Source of the DNA: Candidatus Eremiobacteria bacterium
GTDB lineage: Bacteria; Vulcanimicrobiota; Vulcanimicrobiia; Vulcanimicrobiales; Vulcanimicrobiaceae
Direction: 5' to 3'
NCBI GenBank assembly: GCA_963737065.1
Contig: CAVTRC010000001.1
Span: 1,600,001 to 1,664,000, forward strand
Length of the DNA stretch: 64,000 bases
In this document: positions 39,285 through 49,065 of the stretch, in pieces
Position numbering within the stretch: the stretch's first letter is position 1
Layout: every line of letters begins with the position of its first letter
Made by a program: the position numbers and the translations under genes
Notes under the pieces: generated by a model
Seen by the model: only the letters and a program-made list of their open reading frames with translations
The model's database searches: none
What the model was told of the DNA's origin: nothing

Positions 39285-40096
39285 AGTACACGAACGCTCG
39301 CGTCGCGGCGATGGTTTTGGCCCTCGCCGCCTTTGTTACGCTGTTCTCCCCGCGCGCGGCGAACGCTGACGCATCGCAGCCGCTCATCAACGTGCTCAAC
39401 GAAATTCAGGGCCTCTCGGATAGTGATTTCGCAAGCGTCGTGAGCTGGGCGCGCAACGGCGCACCGCAGCCCTTTATGACGGCGTTTCAGCCGCAGCAGA
39501 CGCAAGGCGACATCCTGAATTTGAAAAGCGACGACCGGTACGCGGTGCTCTACTGGTTGCGCGGTTCCGGCCGCTCCGCACTCTACGCGCGCGGTGCGAC
39601 CGACGCGCAAATCGGCTCGCGCGATCCGCGCCGCGGGCCTTCGCCGACGCCGACGCCGAACCCGTGGCGTAATGTTCCGCTCGCGACGGCATCTCTGGAC
39701 GAAAACGTTCAGGGGAACATCAAGGTCATCGGCGGCTTCGCCGCGGTGCGCCGCGATGGTCGCGGCGCAATTGCATGTGTATCGTTCACGAATGTCGCGG
39801 CAAAAGTTGCGAACGAAGTGGTCTTCGAGTTTCCGCTGCTGAGCGATAGCGGCGTGGAACTCGGAAAATTGACGCTCGATCGCAAAGGCGAGTTTTCACC
39901 CAACGTGGCGATCGAGTCGTTCCGGCAGCTCAGCGACTGGCAAGGCGGATCGATGGGTCCGCGCGACCGCATCGCCAACTGCGCCCAGCGCGACTTAGGA
40001 ACCACGGCGCTGCCCATTCTGCAAGCGCGGCTTGCCGGCTACCGTATCGTCAAGGTGACCTATGACGACGGAACGACCTGGAATCCGGGTCAGTAG
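39281..40096 (+). CDS. Secreted hypothetical protein, paralog of 37177-38235
   Basis: GTGA overlap with the Prx stop; signal peptide; shared motifs. Confidence 0.82.
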   Translation: MKYTNARVAAMVLALAAFVTLFSPRAANADASQPLINVLNEIQGLSDSDFASVVSWARNGAPQPFMTAFQPQQTQGDILNLKSDDRYAVLYWLRGSGRSALYARGATDAQIGSRDPRRGPSPTPTPNPWRNVPLATASLDENVQGNIKVIGGFAAVRRDGRGAIACVSFTNVAAKVANEVVFEFPLLSDSGVELGKLTLDRKGEFSPNVAIESFRQLSDWQGGSMGPRDRIANCAQRDLGTTALPILQARLAGYRIVKVTYDDGTTWNPGQ

Positions 40097-40099
40097 AGT

Positions 40100-41323
40100 T
40101 TAGCTGGACAGTTCTTCGTTTTGGAAAAGGTTCGGCGTGGCGGGATCACGCTTCGGTTTCTTCGCCGCTGCGGCATCAAGTGAGGTAATGGGGCGCGGCG
40201 CGATATCGATCACGGTGATGTCCGGCATGTCGTCGCTCGTAAGCGCCGCCTCGTCCTTCAGTTTGCGGCCCTGCGGAAGCAGGCGTGATTCGTATGTTCC
40301 CACGGTTTCGTTGAATGACGAAACCGTCCGTTCGAGGTTTTTGCCGAGGCCGACCAGTTTATCCGCGAAGCGCGCTGCGCGCTCGTAGAGCTCCCGGCCG
40401 AGGAGCGCGATCCGCTTCGCGTTCTCTTCCTGTTTGACGGCTTGCCAGCCCATCGCGAACGAACGCAAGAGGCTGATGAGCGAAAGCGGACCGGCCACGA
40501 GCACGCCTTTGTCGAGCGCGTATTCGATCAACGCGGGGTTCTCGTTGCAGGCGGCGCTCAAAAATGCTTCGCCGGGGACAAACATGATGACGAAGTCCGC
40601 AGACCCTTCGCTGTGATGATAATTCCGCTTCGCCAGCGCATCGACATGGTCGCCGAGAGCCTTCGCATGGCGCCGAACCAGCTCGCGGCGCGTTTCGTCG
40701 TCGGCCGCTTCGAACGCCGCTTGCAGCGAATCGGTCGGAGCTTTTGCGTCCACAAAGATCCGGCGGTTGCCCGGCAGATTGATCGTCATGTCGGGACGTC
40801 CGCGTCCCGAGTCGATTTCGATCGTTTGCTGTTCGTCGAAGTCGCAGTACACGAGCATGCCGGCCTTTTCGACGACGTTGCGCAGCTGAATCTCGCCCCA
40901 CTTGCCACGAGTCGACGGACTCCGCAGCGCCGTAACGAGGCTCGACGTCTGGCTCGAGAGCGACATCGCGGCCGTTTCGATTTTATCCGCGCGCGCAAGC
41001 AGATTCTCGATCTGCGCCTTGAGGCTTCCCGTGTCTTCGTTACGCTTGCTCTCGATGTCACGGACGAGCCGGTCGAACTCACCGAGTTTTTGAGCGATCG
41101 GCGCGATCACCTCACCGACGCGCTCGCTCGTGCGTTGCGTCGTCGATTCACGCAGCTCGTTCTTCGCGCGTTCCAGGAGCGCTTCGACCGCGTGGATGTT
41201 TTGAGCCGACGCGCTCATGCGTTCCTCGAGCCGCGCGATCCGCGTGCGCTGCGCCAGAAATGCGACCAGCGCGCCGACCACGATGCCGATGATGAGGAAG
41301 CTGAGATCGGAGATCGTCGTCAC
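40100..41323 (-). CDS. rmuC: DNA recombination protein RmuC
   Basis: RGKWGEIQL, RPD...LP, VDAKAP, FVIMFVPGE. Confidence 0.95.
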   Translation of the reverse strand: MTTISDLSFLIIGIVVGALVAFLAQRTRIARLEERMSASAQNIHAVEALLERAKNELRESTTQRTSERVGEVIAPIAQKLGEFDRLVRDIESKRNEDTGSLKAQIENLLARADKIETAAMSLSSQTSSLVTALRSPSTRGKWGEIQLRNVVEKAGMLVYCDFDEQQTIEIDSGRGRPDMTINLPGNRRIFVDAKAPTDSLQAAFEAADDETRRELVRRHAKALGDHVDALAKRNYHHSEGSADFVIMFVPGEAFLSAACNENPALIEYALDKGVLVAGPLSLISLLRSFAMGWQAVKQEENAKRIALLGRELYERAARFADKLVGLGKNLERTVSSFNETVGTYESRLLPQGRKLKDEAALTSDDMPDITVIDIAPRPITSLDAAAAKKPKRDPATPNLFQNEELSS

Positions 41324-42141
41324 GGTTGAAACCCAAGATTATCCTTGAAAAATGCGATCGTGCGTTTCCACGCATCGTCGGCGGCGGAGGCCACGTACGA
41401 ACTTCGCGTATCGTCGAAAAACGCATGCCCTGCGGCCGGATAAATCCGAATGTCGTTCGCGACGCGAAGGTGCGAGCGCCACGTGCGAACGTCCTCGGCC
41501 GGAATGCTGTGATCTTTTTCGCCGTAGCTTCCACAGACGGGAATGCGGATCTCCGCCGGATCGATGTCTTTCACCGCGCCGTAAAACGGTGCGACGGCAG
41601 CGAAAATGTCCGCGTTGTCGAGCGCTTCGATAAGCGCAAGGTGACCGCCCATGCAGAAACCCGTGACACCGAGCTTACCCTGCGGTGACTTGGAGAGGAC
41701 GTGCAGTGCTGCCGCGCGCATATCGCCGCCGTATTGCTTGCGCTCCAGCTGCGCCGCAAGCGGACGAAACTCGTCCACGTTCGTGCTGCCGTCGCCGCTG
41801 GGAGCATTCATTCGCGAATAAAGGTCCGGAGCTATACAGCTGAATCCAGCTTTCGCATAGCGCCGGACGGTGTCGCGAATCGCTGCGTCGACGCCCCAAA
41901 TGTGCATCGCGATGACGACGCCCGGAGTATTGAGACGAACGTTCTTGGGATACGCGGCGTACGCGTTCACGATGCCGTCGGGACGGCGAAGCTGTGCGCG
42001 CTCTACCGTGAGTGACGGATCGTCCTCCGGAACCAGCGGCGGATGGGGCTGTCCAAGCGGTTCCGCGAGCGCATGCGCGCGCGTCGTCGCCGTGGCGGCG
42101 GCCCCCGCGGCAATGCCCGCGAATTCGCGCCGATTCATCAT
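41320..42141 (-). CDS. Dienelactone hydrolase family protein with Tat signal
   Basis: NRREF twin-arginine motif, GFCMGG, GHAF. Confidence 0.93.
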   Translation of the reverse strand: MMNRREFAGIAAGAAATATTRAHALAEPLGQPHPPLVPEDDPSLTVERAQLRRPDGIVNAYAAYPKNVRLNTPGVVIAMHIWGVDAAIRDTVRRYAKAGFSCIAPDLYSRMNAPSGDGSTNVDEFRPLAAQLERKQYGGDMRAAALHVLSKSPQGKLGVTGFCMGGHLALIEALDNADIFAAVAPFYGAVKDIDPAEIRIPVCGSYGEKDHSIPAEDVRTWRSHLRVANDIRIYPAAGHAFFDDTRSSYVASAADDAWKRTIAFFKDNLGFQP

Positions 42142-42292
42142 CGCTCAATCCTCCGTGCAACGCTCCGAGCGTATTTGAAGTGTCGAGCGCCGTTTCCCTA
42201 CAGCTTCGGCGTGCAAGCATGAAACGCGCAAATAACGTCGTAGGCCTTCGATACCAGCGACGATGTTTGATAGTCGCGAGAGGAGAACAGGT

Positions 42293-43000
42293 ATGAACCG
42301 TCCGTCGTTTCTCGCCGCTTCCGCGTCGCTCGTAGCGGCGTCGACCGGAATGGCGCCCGCGCAAAGCGTGCCCGGCGGCACGCATCTCGTCGAACGCAAG
42401 GCTGACTTCAACGAGGCGCAGTTCCGGCAAATCGTCGGGCGTCCGGCGAAAATCCGTCAAGTGTTCGAGCAGATCGCGTTTAAGCCGCAGGCGTTGCAGA
42501 ACATCAAGAACTCGCTCAACGGACTGCAGTTCGGATACGGATACAGTCCATCCGAGATTACGATCGCGTTCGCGCCCCACGGCGCCTCGGCTGCGTTGAA
42601 CTACACGGACTACGTCTGGGACAAATACAGACTCGGCGAATTCTTCACCGTCAAGGACGCCCAAGGCGCGACGATTGCGTCGAACGTGTGGTTGAAATCG
42701 AAAGCGACCGGAAGTGCGAACGACGCTCCTGATGACGTGAACGGTGTGCATCAAGACGCGTCGATCGAGGGCTTGCAGAAGCGGGGCGTCATCTTCCTGT
42801 GCTGTCACACCGCGGTGGAAGAGCAAGCGCGCAACCTCGTGAAGCCGGGCGCGCCCGCTGCAGGCGCGAATCCGACGGAAGTCGCGAACGATATACTGAC
42901 GCATCTCATCGCCGGCGCCCTCGTCGTTCCGTCGATGGTGGCAACCGTTGCGGTTCTGCAGCATGAATTCAACTACACGTATGCTGCGCTTACGTTCTAG
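42293..43000 (+). CDS. Exported DsrE-like protein
   Basis: AGGAG RBS, Tat-like leader, NIKNSLNG, LQKRGVIFLCCHTA, VVPSMV. Confidence 0.65.
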   Translation: MNRPSFLAASASLVAASTGMAPAQSVPGGTHLVERKADFNEAQFRQIVGRPAKIRQVFEQIAFKPQALQNIKNSLNGLQFGYGYSPSEITIAFAPHGASAALNYTDYVWDKYRLGEFFTVKDAQGATIASNVWLKSKATGSANDAPDDVNGVHQDASIEGLQKRGVIFLCCHTAVEEQARNLVKPGAPAAGANPTEVANDILTHLIAGALVVPSMVATVAVLQHEFNYTYAALTF

Positions 43001-43808
43001 TACCGGGACGGCTGCCGTGCTGGCCGCCGCTGCACTGACGGCGGCTTGCTCGTCGAACGGGACGAACGCGCCACAAGCCACAAAACCGGCGCAAGCGCTC
43101 TACGACCCACACGCCTTGCCGAGCGGACCCGTCGGCGAATCGATCAAACTCGGGCACGACATTATCGAAGATACGCATCGATATCTGCCACACAACGCGG
43201 TTGCCGACATGTCGTGCGCCGCGTGTCACGTCGGAGTCGGTACGGTAAAACGCGGCGGCTCGTTCGTCGGCGTGTACGTTCGCTTTCCGCAGTGGAACAA
43301 ACGTGCGCAGCGCGTGATTATGCTGCAAGACCGCATCGCCGAGTGTTTCCTTTACAGCATGAACGGCACACCGCCCGCTTATAACAGTAAGGCGATGATC
43401 GCGATGGCATCATACATGGCGTATCTTTCGCGAAATGTACCGGCGGGCGCGCCGCAAGCGAAGGACGATCGTTTCATCATACCGCTCCCCAGCGCATCTC
43501 CGAACATCAAGCGCGGCGGTACGTTGTACGCGCAGACTTGCGCGACGTGCCACCAGGCAAACGGTGCGGGCGTACACGGAACGTTCCCGCCGCTATGGGG
43601 ACCGACGTCATTCAATTCCGGTGCAGGCATGGCGCACATCGACCGCATGACGGGCTTCGTTCGCTTCAATATGCCGCAGAACGCGCCCGGTTCGCTCTCA
43701 CTCGAGGACGCGTACGACATTTCTGCTTGGGTGCTGAGCCATCCGCGCCCCGCGTTCAACGAGGCGCGGCTTATCGCGCCGGCACCGCAACCCGCGAGCT
43801 ACTTCTGA
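42981..43808 (+). CDS. tsdA: Diheme c-type cytochrome, thiosulfate dehydrogenase TsdA-like
   Basis: Lipobox LTAAC, CAACH and CATCH, RIAECFLYSMNG, PPLWG..SFN.GAGM, NMP. Confidence 0.8.
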   Translation: MLRLRSSTGTAAVLAAAALTAACSSNGTNAPQATKPAQALYDPHALPSGPVGESIKLGHDIIEDTHRYLPHNAVADMSCAACHVGVGTVKRGGSFVGVYVRFPQWNKRAQRVIMLQDRIAECFLYSMNGTPPAYNSKAMIAMASYMAYLSRNVPAGAPQAKDDRFIIPLPSASPNIKRGGTLYAQTCATCHQANGAGVHGTFPPLWGPTSFNSGAGMAHIDRMTGFVRFNMPQNAPGSLSLEDAYDISAWVLSHPRPAFNEARLIAPAPQPASYF

Positions 43809-44040
43809 TCGCGGCTGCCCATCGACGAGCTGTGTGAGAGTCGACACGGGGCGTCGCAAACCTGACTGCGTTTTGCGACGACGCTGACGGCGAAACCGCA
43901 CTCGCTTTTGCCGCTCGCGGCGTGATCTTTGGAGCGACCGTTATCCAACTCGCTTCACTCTTACGAGCTAATCAACCGGTCACGCCGACGTCGCGTGCGT
44001 TCGTCGCCTTCAAATCACGTGCCGTCGTGTGTCAATCCGG

Positions 44041-44208
44041 CTACGCGTACACATCGATCAGACAACCGGGGCCGATCTTCGCCGCCGCATCGATTGTCTC
44101 GAGCGAGAGAACGGGCGCTTGGGTCGCGTCCTCGTACTCCAGCCACGCGGTGGCTGGAATGAATGTCGTCCCTGGTCGTAGCATCTGTGTCTGGAGCGGG
44201 CGTAACAT
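44041..44208 (-). CDS. Putative 55-aa small protein ending G-C-L-I-D-V-Y-A
   Basis: Hand-translated ORF in an otherwise empty intergenic gap; C-terminus resembles the GxxIDxxA motif of YjfB-like proteins. Confidence 0.45.
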   Translation of the reverse strand: MLRPLQTQMLRPGTTFIPATAWLEYEDATQAPVLSLETIDAAAKIGPGCLIDVYA

Positions 44209-44252
44209 AAAGGCTCGGCTTTTTTTCCCAGCTGGATGGAGTACAAATCAAG

Positions 44253-44930
44253 GTGGCGGACGCGGTAGTCAAAGTGACCCTCCCCGAGATGGGCGAGTCG
44301 GTCACCGAAGGCTCCATCGTCGAGTGGCGCAAACGGGTGGGCGATTTCGTAGCCGAAGGCGATCCTTTGGTCGACGTGACGACGGACAAAGTCGACGTCG
44401 AAGTTCCCGCGACCGCATCAGGCGTGATCACGAACACCTTTGGCGGTGAAGGCGATACGATCGGCGTCGGCACCGTTCTGGCTGAAATCGATACGAGCAA
44501 AGCCGGCACGCCGACGAACGGCAAGGCCGCTGCGCCGTCCAACGGCGCAACGGCGCCGGCACCGCCGGCTGCTCCCGTGCCCGCGGGATCGCCGAAGCTG
44601 ATCGACGTGACGCTGCCCGACATGGGCGAGTCGGTCACGGAAGGTACGATCGTCGAATTTCGCGTGAAGGCCGGTGATTTCGTCAACGAAGGCGACACGA
44701 TCGTTGAAGTTACGACCGACAAAGTCGACGTCGAAGTTCCGGCACCGGCGAGTGGTACTGTCACGCAACTCAACGTGAAAGACGGCGACACCGTGGCCGT
44801 CGGAGCGAGACTAGCGCAGATCGACGCGAACGCTGCGCCGTCGGATGAATCGAACGGTTCGCCTGCGCCGCCGCGGATTGGCGCGGAGCCAGCGGAGCGG
44901 CAACCGCAACGCGCTCGGCGAAGCCGAGAC
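44253..44930 (+). CDS. N-terminal part (two lipoyl domains) of the fused 2-oxoglutarate dehydrogenase; frameshifted from the rest
   Basis: Two copies of LP.MGESVTEG...TDKVDVEVPA. Confidence 0.88.
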
Positions 44931-47900
44931 CTGACGTCGTTGCATCACCGCAAGCCCAGCGCATCGCGCGCAAAGCGGATATCGATCTCGCACTCGTTCG
45001 CGGCAGTGGGCCGAACGGCATGGTTCTCCGTTCCGACGTCGTGTCGCAAGCGACGAACGCGAAGCGTAAACCGCCTGCGGGCGGGAATGCAATGCTTCCG
45101 CAGTCACCGGCGATCCCGTCCGGCGCAAACGTCACGCAGCTGAAAGGACCGGCTGCCGCGCTCACCGGCTACATGGAACAGTCGCTGACGATCCCGACGG
45201 CGACGAGCTTCCGCACGTTGGCGGTCGATGTAATGGATGCGCGCCGTAAAGAGCTCAACAATGCGCTCAAGGCGGCGGGACACAGCGAAAAAGTATCGTT
45301 CACCCACATCGTCGCGTATGCGCTCGTGCGCGCGGCGAGCGAGATGCCCTTCATTACGTATAGTTTCCGTCGCGACGACAACGGTGCTCCGCAACGCGTT
45401 GAGTCCGGCATTCATCTCGGTCTTGCCGTTGACGCGGAACGTAAAGACGGCACGCGGTTCTTGGTCGTTCCGGTGATCAAAAACGCCGGCGCACTCGATT
45501 TCTCGACGTTCTACGGCAAGTATCAGGAGCTGGTCGCGAAGGCGCGAGACAACAAGCTCGCCGCAGACGATCTCCAAGGCGCGTCGTTCACGCTCACCAA
45601 TCCGGGTGGCATCGGCACCGTTGCATCGGTTCCACGCCTATTGGCCGGACAGGGCGCGATTCTTGCGAGCGGTGCGATCGGCTATCCGCAGGGATTCCAA
45701 AGCGTGAGTGAAGCGACGCTTCGATCACTCGGCATCAGCAAAGTGATGCAGATGACGAGCACGTACGATCATCGCGTAATTCAAGGCGCGCAGTCCGGGG
45801 AGTATCTGCGCCGCGTCGACGAACTTTTGCAAGGCGCGGACGATTTCTACGAATCGATCTTCGCGGCTCTTGGGCTGCAAGCGGGTCCGGCACCGCATAT
45901 CGATACGAGCGCCGTTGCAACGAAGATAACGCCGGCTGTTGCGCAGCCCGCCGCTGCGCCGAGCGATGAAATGTTACGCGCGGTTGCGGCCGCGATGGCG
46001 ATCGTCTCCGGCTATCGTACGCACGGGCACCTGGCGGCGCATCTCGATCCGCTTGGTTCGCCGCCGCTCGGCGACCCGAAACTCGATCCGGCGACGTACG
46101 GCCTCACGCCCGCCTTGATGGCGGCGATTCCGGCGTCCGTGCTCAACGTCAAAGTTCCCGGCAATACGCTCGCCGAGATTCTGCCTCGGCTCCGGGAAAC
46201 GTACAGTTCGACGATCGCGTACGAGTTCGAACACATTTCGAATACCGAGCAACGGCGCTGGCTGCGCGAAACGATCGAGAGCGGCGCGCACAAGATCGCA
46301 TTTTCGCCGCAGCGGCAAATTCAAATCTTGCAACGCTTGACGAAGGTCGAGACGTTCGAGCGCTACATTCGCAAGACGTTCCTCGGCCAGAAGAGCTTCT
46401 CCGGTGAAGGGCTCGACGTCATGGTGCCGATGCTCGAGGAGATTCTCGACATGCTGGGCGACGAAGGCACGCTCAAGGCCGTGCTCGGCATGGCGCATCG
46501 CGGCCGCCTGACCGTGATCGCGCACGTCGTGAACATGCCGTATGAAGAGCTCCTTTCGGAGTTCGAAGCGGCGCATCAACGAGGCGAAGTTTCCAGTGAC
46601 GACGACGTTACGGGCGACGTGAAGTATCACCACGGTGCGACCGGCGTCTATACGACGAACTCCGGCAAAGACGTTGAAGTGACGCTCCAGCATAATCCGA
46701 GCCATCTCGAAGCCGTCGATCCGGTCGTTGAGGGGCGCACGCGCGCGCTGCAAACCGATCACGCGGGGCCGGCGCCGAAGGTCGATGTTACGAAGGCTGC
46801 GCCGATTTTAATTCACGGCGACGCCGCGTTCACCGGTCAAGGGATCATCTCGGAAGTCTTTAACCTGCAGTCGCTTCCGGGATATCAAACCGGCGGCACG
46901 CTGCATATCATTGCAAACAACCAGATCGGCTTCACGACCGATACACGTGATTCGCGCTCGACCCGCTATGCCTCCGATCTCGCAAAGGGCTTCGACGTTC
47001 CGATCATCCACGTGAATGCCGACGACGTCGATGCGTGCATCTCGGCCGTGCATCTGGCGGTGGAATTCCGTGAGAAGTTCGGTCGCGACGCCGTGATCGA
47101 TCTCATCGGCTATCGGCGGTTCGGCCACAACGAACAGGACGAGCCGGCGTATACGCAACCCCTGATGTACGAGAAAATCAAGTCGCATCCGACGGCTCGT
47201 GAACTTTTCGCGAACAAGTTGATCGCGCAGGGCATTTTGGCGCAAGAACAGGCGAACGAGATGGTCGCCGAAGCGCAAACGCGTCTCCAAGAAGCGTATC
47301 GCAACGTCAAGGAGTACCGCAGCAGAGGGATGCTCGAGAAGATCGCGCAAGGCGCGCAGCTTCCGACCGCACAACTTGCCGCCGTCGACAAGTCGCAATT
47401 GCTGGAATGGTGCGACGCGCTCGTTGCGGTCCCGCAGGCTTTCTCAACCAACAAAAAGCTGACGGCGCAATTCCAGCGCCGCAAAGCGACGATCGCGGAG
47501 AAAGGCGTCGTCGATTGGGGGATGGCCGAAGCGCTTGCGTTCGCGTCGCTCCTTTCGTCCGGCGTACCGATTCGCGTCACCGGTCAAGATACGGAACGGG
47601 GAACGTTTAGCCACCGCCACGCCGTGCTGCACGATCCCGGCACGAACTCGGAATACGTGCCGTTGCAGCACCTCGCGGAGTCAAAGGCGAGTTTCGAAAT
47701 ACACAACAGCCCTCTATCAGAATACGCGTGCGTCGGCTTCGAGTACGGCTATGCTGCCGCGGTGCCCAAGTCGCTCGTGTTGTGGGAGGCGCAATTCGGC
47801 GACTTCGTGAACGGCGCGCAGATCGTTATCGATCAGTTCATCGCCGCCGGCCAAGCGAAATGGGGACAGACGTCGCGTTTGACGCTCTTGCTGCCGCACG

Positions 47901-48538
47901 GCTACGAAGGACAAGGTCCGGAACATTCCAGCGCGCGTCTCGAGCGCTTTTTGCAACTCGCGGCCGAAGGCAATCTCCGCGTCGCCTATCCGTCGACCGC
48001 CGCGAACTACTATCATTTGCTGCGCGAACAAGCGGCGTCGAGAGCGCCGGTTCCGCTTGTCGTCATGACGCCGAAATCGCTGCTGCGCGCGGAAGCGGCG
48101 TCCGGATCGATCGACGATATGGCAACCGGAAAATTCCATCCGGTGATCGATGATCCGACCGTTACGGACAAGAGCACGGTAGAGCGGATTTTGCTATGCA
48201 GCGGTAAGATTTATTACGATCTGATTGCAAGCGAACTCTATCCGAACATCAAAAAGACTGCCATCGTTCGCATCGAGCTGCTTTCACCGATGCCTGCTGA
48301 TGAAATCAACGCGCTGCTGGACACGTATCCGAATCTTAAATCGCTCGTGTGGGTGCAAGAAGAGCCAAAGAATATGGGCGCTCGCGCGTACGCGCGCCGC
48401 CGTTTGCTCGAACGTCTCAAACGCCCGCTCGACATCGGCTATGCCGGCCGCGGCTACCGCGCCTCACCGTCCGAGGGTTATCCGGGCGCGCACGCGGTCG
48501 AACAAGAACGCGTCGTGACCATGGCGCTCACGGAATAA
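44930..48538 (+). CDS. sucA: Multifunctional 2-oxoglutarate dehydrogenase: E3-binding + E2 catalytic + E1 domains
   Basis: ASPQAQRIARKADIDLALVRGSGPNG in this frame upstream of ATG 45020; TYDHRVIQGA; GMAHRGRL, HGDAAF, WEAQFGDF, PHGYEGQGPEHSS. Confidence 0.93.
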   Translation, partial: PDVVASPQAQRIARKADIDLALVRGSGPNGMVLRSDVVSQATNAKRKPPAGGNAMLPQSPAIPSGANVTQLKGPAAALTGYMEQSLTIPTATSFRTLAVDVMDARRKELNNALKAAGHSEKVSFTHIVAYALVRAASEMPFITYSFRRDDNGAPQRVESGIHLGLAVDAERKDGTRFLVVPVIKNAGALDFSTFYGKYQELVAKARDNKLAADDLQGASFTLTNPGGIGTVASVPRLLAGQGAILASGAIGYPQGFQSVSEATLRSLGISKVMQMTSTYDHRVIQGAQSGEYLRRVDELLQGADDFYESIFAALGLQAGPAPHIDTSAVATKITPAVAQPAAAPSDEMLRAVAAAMAIVSGYRTHGHLAAHLDPLGSPPLGDPKLDPATYGLTPALMAAIPASVLNVKVPGNTLAEILPRLRETYSSTIAYEFEHISNTEQRRWLRETIESGAHKIAFSPQRQIQILQRLTKVETFERYIRKTFLGQKSFSGEGLDVMVPMLEEILDMLGDEGTLKAVLGMAHRGRLTVIAHVVNMPYEELLSEFEAAHQRGEVSSDDDVTGDVKYHHGATGVYTTNSGKDVEVTLQHNPSHLEAVDPVVEGRTRALQTDHAGPAPKVDVTKAAPILIHGDAAFTGQGIISEVFNLQSLPGYQTGGTLHIIANNQIGFTTDTRDSRSTRYASDLAKGFDVPIIHVNADDVDACISAVHLAVEFREKFGRDAVIDLIGYRRFGHNEQDEPAYTQPLMYEKIKSHPTARELFANKLIAQGILAQEQANEMVAEAQTRLQEAYRNVKEYRSRGMLEKIAQGAQLPTAQLAAVDKSQLLEWCDALVAVPQAFSTNKKLTAQFQRRKATIAEKGVVDWGMAEALAFASLLSSGVPIRVTGQDTERGTFSHRHAVLHDPGTNSEYVPLQHLAESKASFEIHNSPLSEYACVGFEYGYAAAVPKSLVLWEAQFGDFVNGAQIVIDQFIAAGQAKWGQTSRLTLLLPHGYEGQGPEHSSARLERFLQLAAEGNLRVAYPSTAANYYHLLREQAASRAPVPLVVMTPKSLLRAEAASGSIDDMATGKFHPVIDDPTVTDKSTVERILLCSGKIYYDLIASELYPNIKKTAIVRIELLSPMPADEINALLDTYPNLKSLVWVQEEPKNMGARAYARRRLLERLKRPLDIGYAGRGYRASPSEGYPGAHAVEQERVVTMALTE

Positions 48539-48542
48539 GGTC

Positions 48543-48686
48543 GTGCAGCACACGCGTCGCCGACTGATGTTGTTCATCATATCAGGCGGCGTGATAGCGG
48601 TCATTGCCGAAGTCGCCGCCGTCGTCTGCTTCGTGAATTTGATGATCGGCGCCACCCGAACGCTGCGCGAGGCTCGTGGAAAATAA
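48543..48686 (+). CDS. Putative 47-aa single-TM protein
   Basis: Hand-translated MQHTRRRLMLFIISGGVIAVIAEVAAVVCFVNLMIGATRTLREARGK; fills the sucA-CMD gap. Confidence 0.4.
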   Translation: MQHTRRRLMLFIISGGVIAVIAEVAAVVCFVNLMIGATRTLREARGK

Positions 48687-49065
48687 GGCATCGCGCGGCG
48701 AAGAGCTTATGCGTCTCGTCGACGGCGATAAGGCGACGGAGAATTTGCTCGAAGCCTACGGCGAGATCGCGCCGGACTTTGCGCGCTACCTCATCGATTT
48801 TGCGTTCGGTGAAATTTATGCGCGCGAAGGCGATCTGAAACATCGCGAGATCGTCGCAATCGCATCCCTTACCACCATGGGGGGCTGCGACGCGCAGCTC
48901 GAAACGCACATTCACGGCGCATTCAACGTGGGATTGACGGAACCGGAAGTCGTGGAAACGGTCATGACGTTGATTCCGTACATCGGCTTTCCGAGGGCCC
49001 TGAGCGCGATGGCGATCGTGAAACGCGTCGTAGAAAAGCGGCGCCGTCGCAACCGCTCATCGTGA
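48676..49065 (+). CDS. Carboxymuconolactone decarboxylase family protein
   Basis: FAFGEIYAR, REIVAIASL, HIHGAFNVG, PYIGFPRA. Confidence 0.92.
   Translation: MENKASRGEELMRLVDGDKATENLLEAYGEIAPDFARYLIDFAFGEIYAREGDLKHREIVAIASLTTMGGCDAQLETHIHGAFNVGLTEPEVVETVMTLIPYIGFPRALSAMAIVKRVVEKRRRRNRSS

Noticed and set aside
44253..44820. Internal ~230-bp DNA direct repeat
   Set aside because: Explained by the tandem lipoyl domains.
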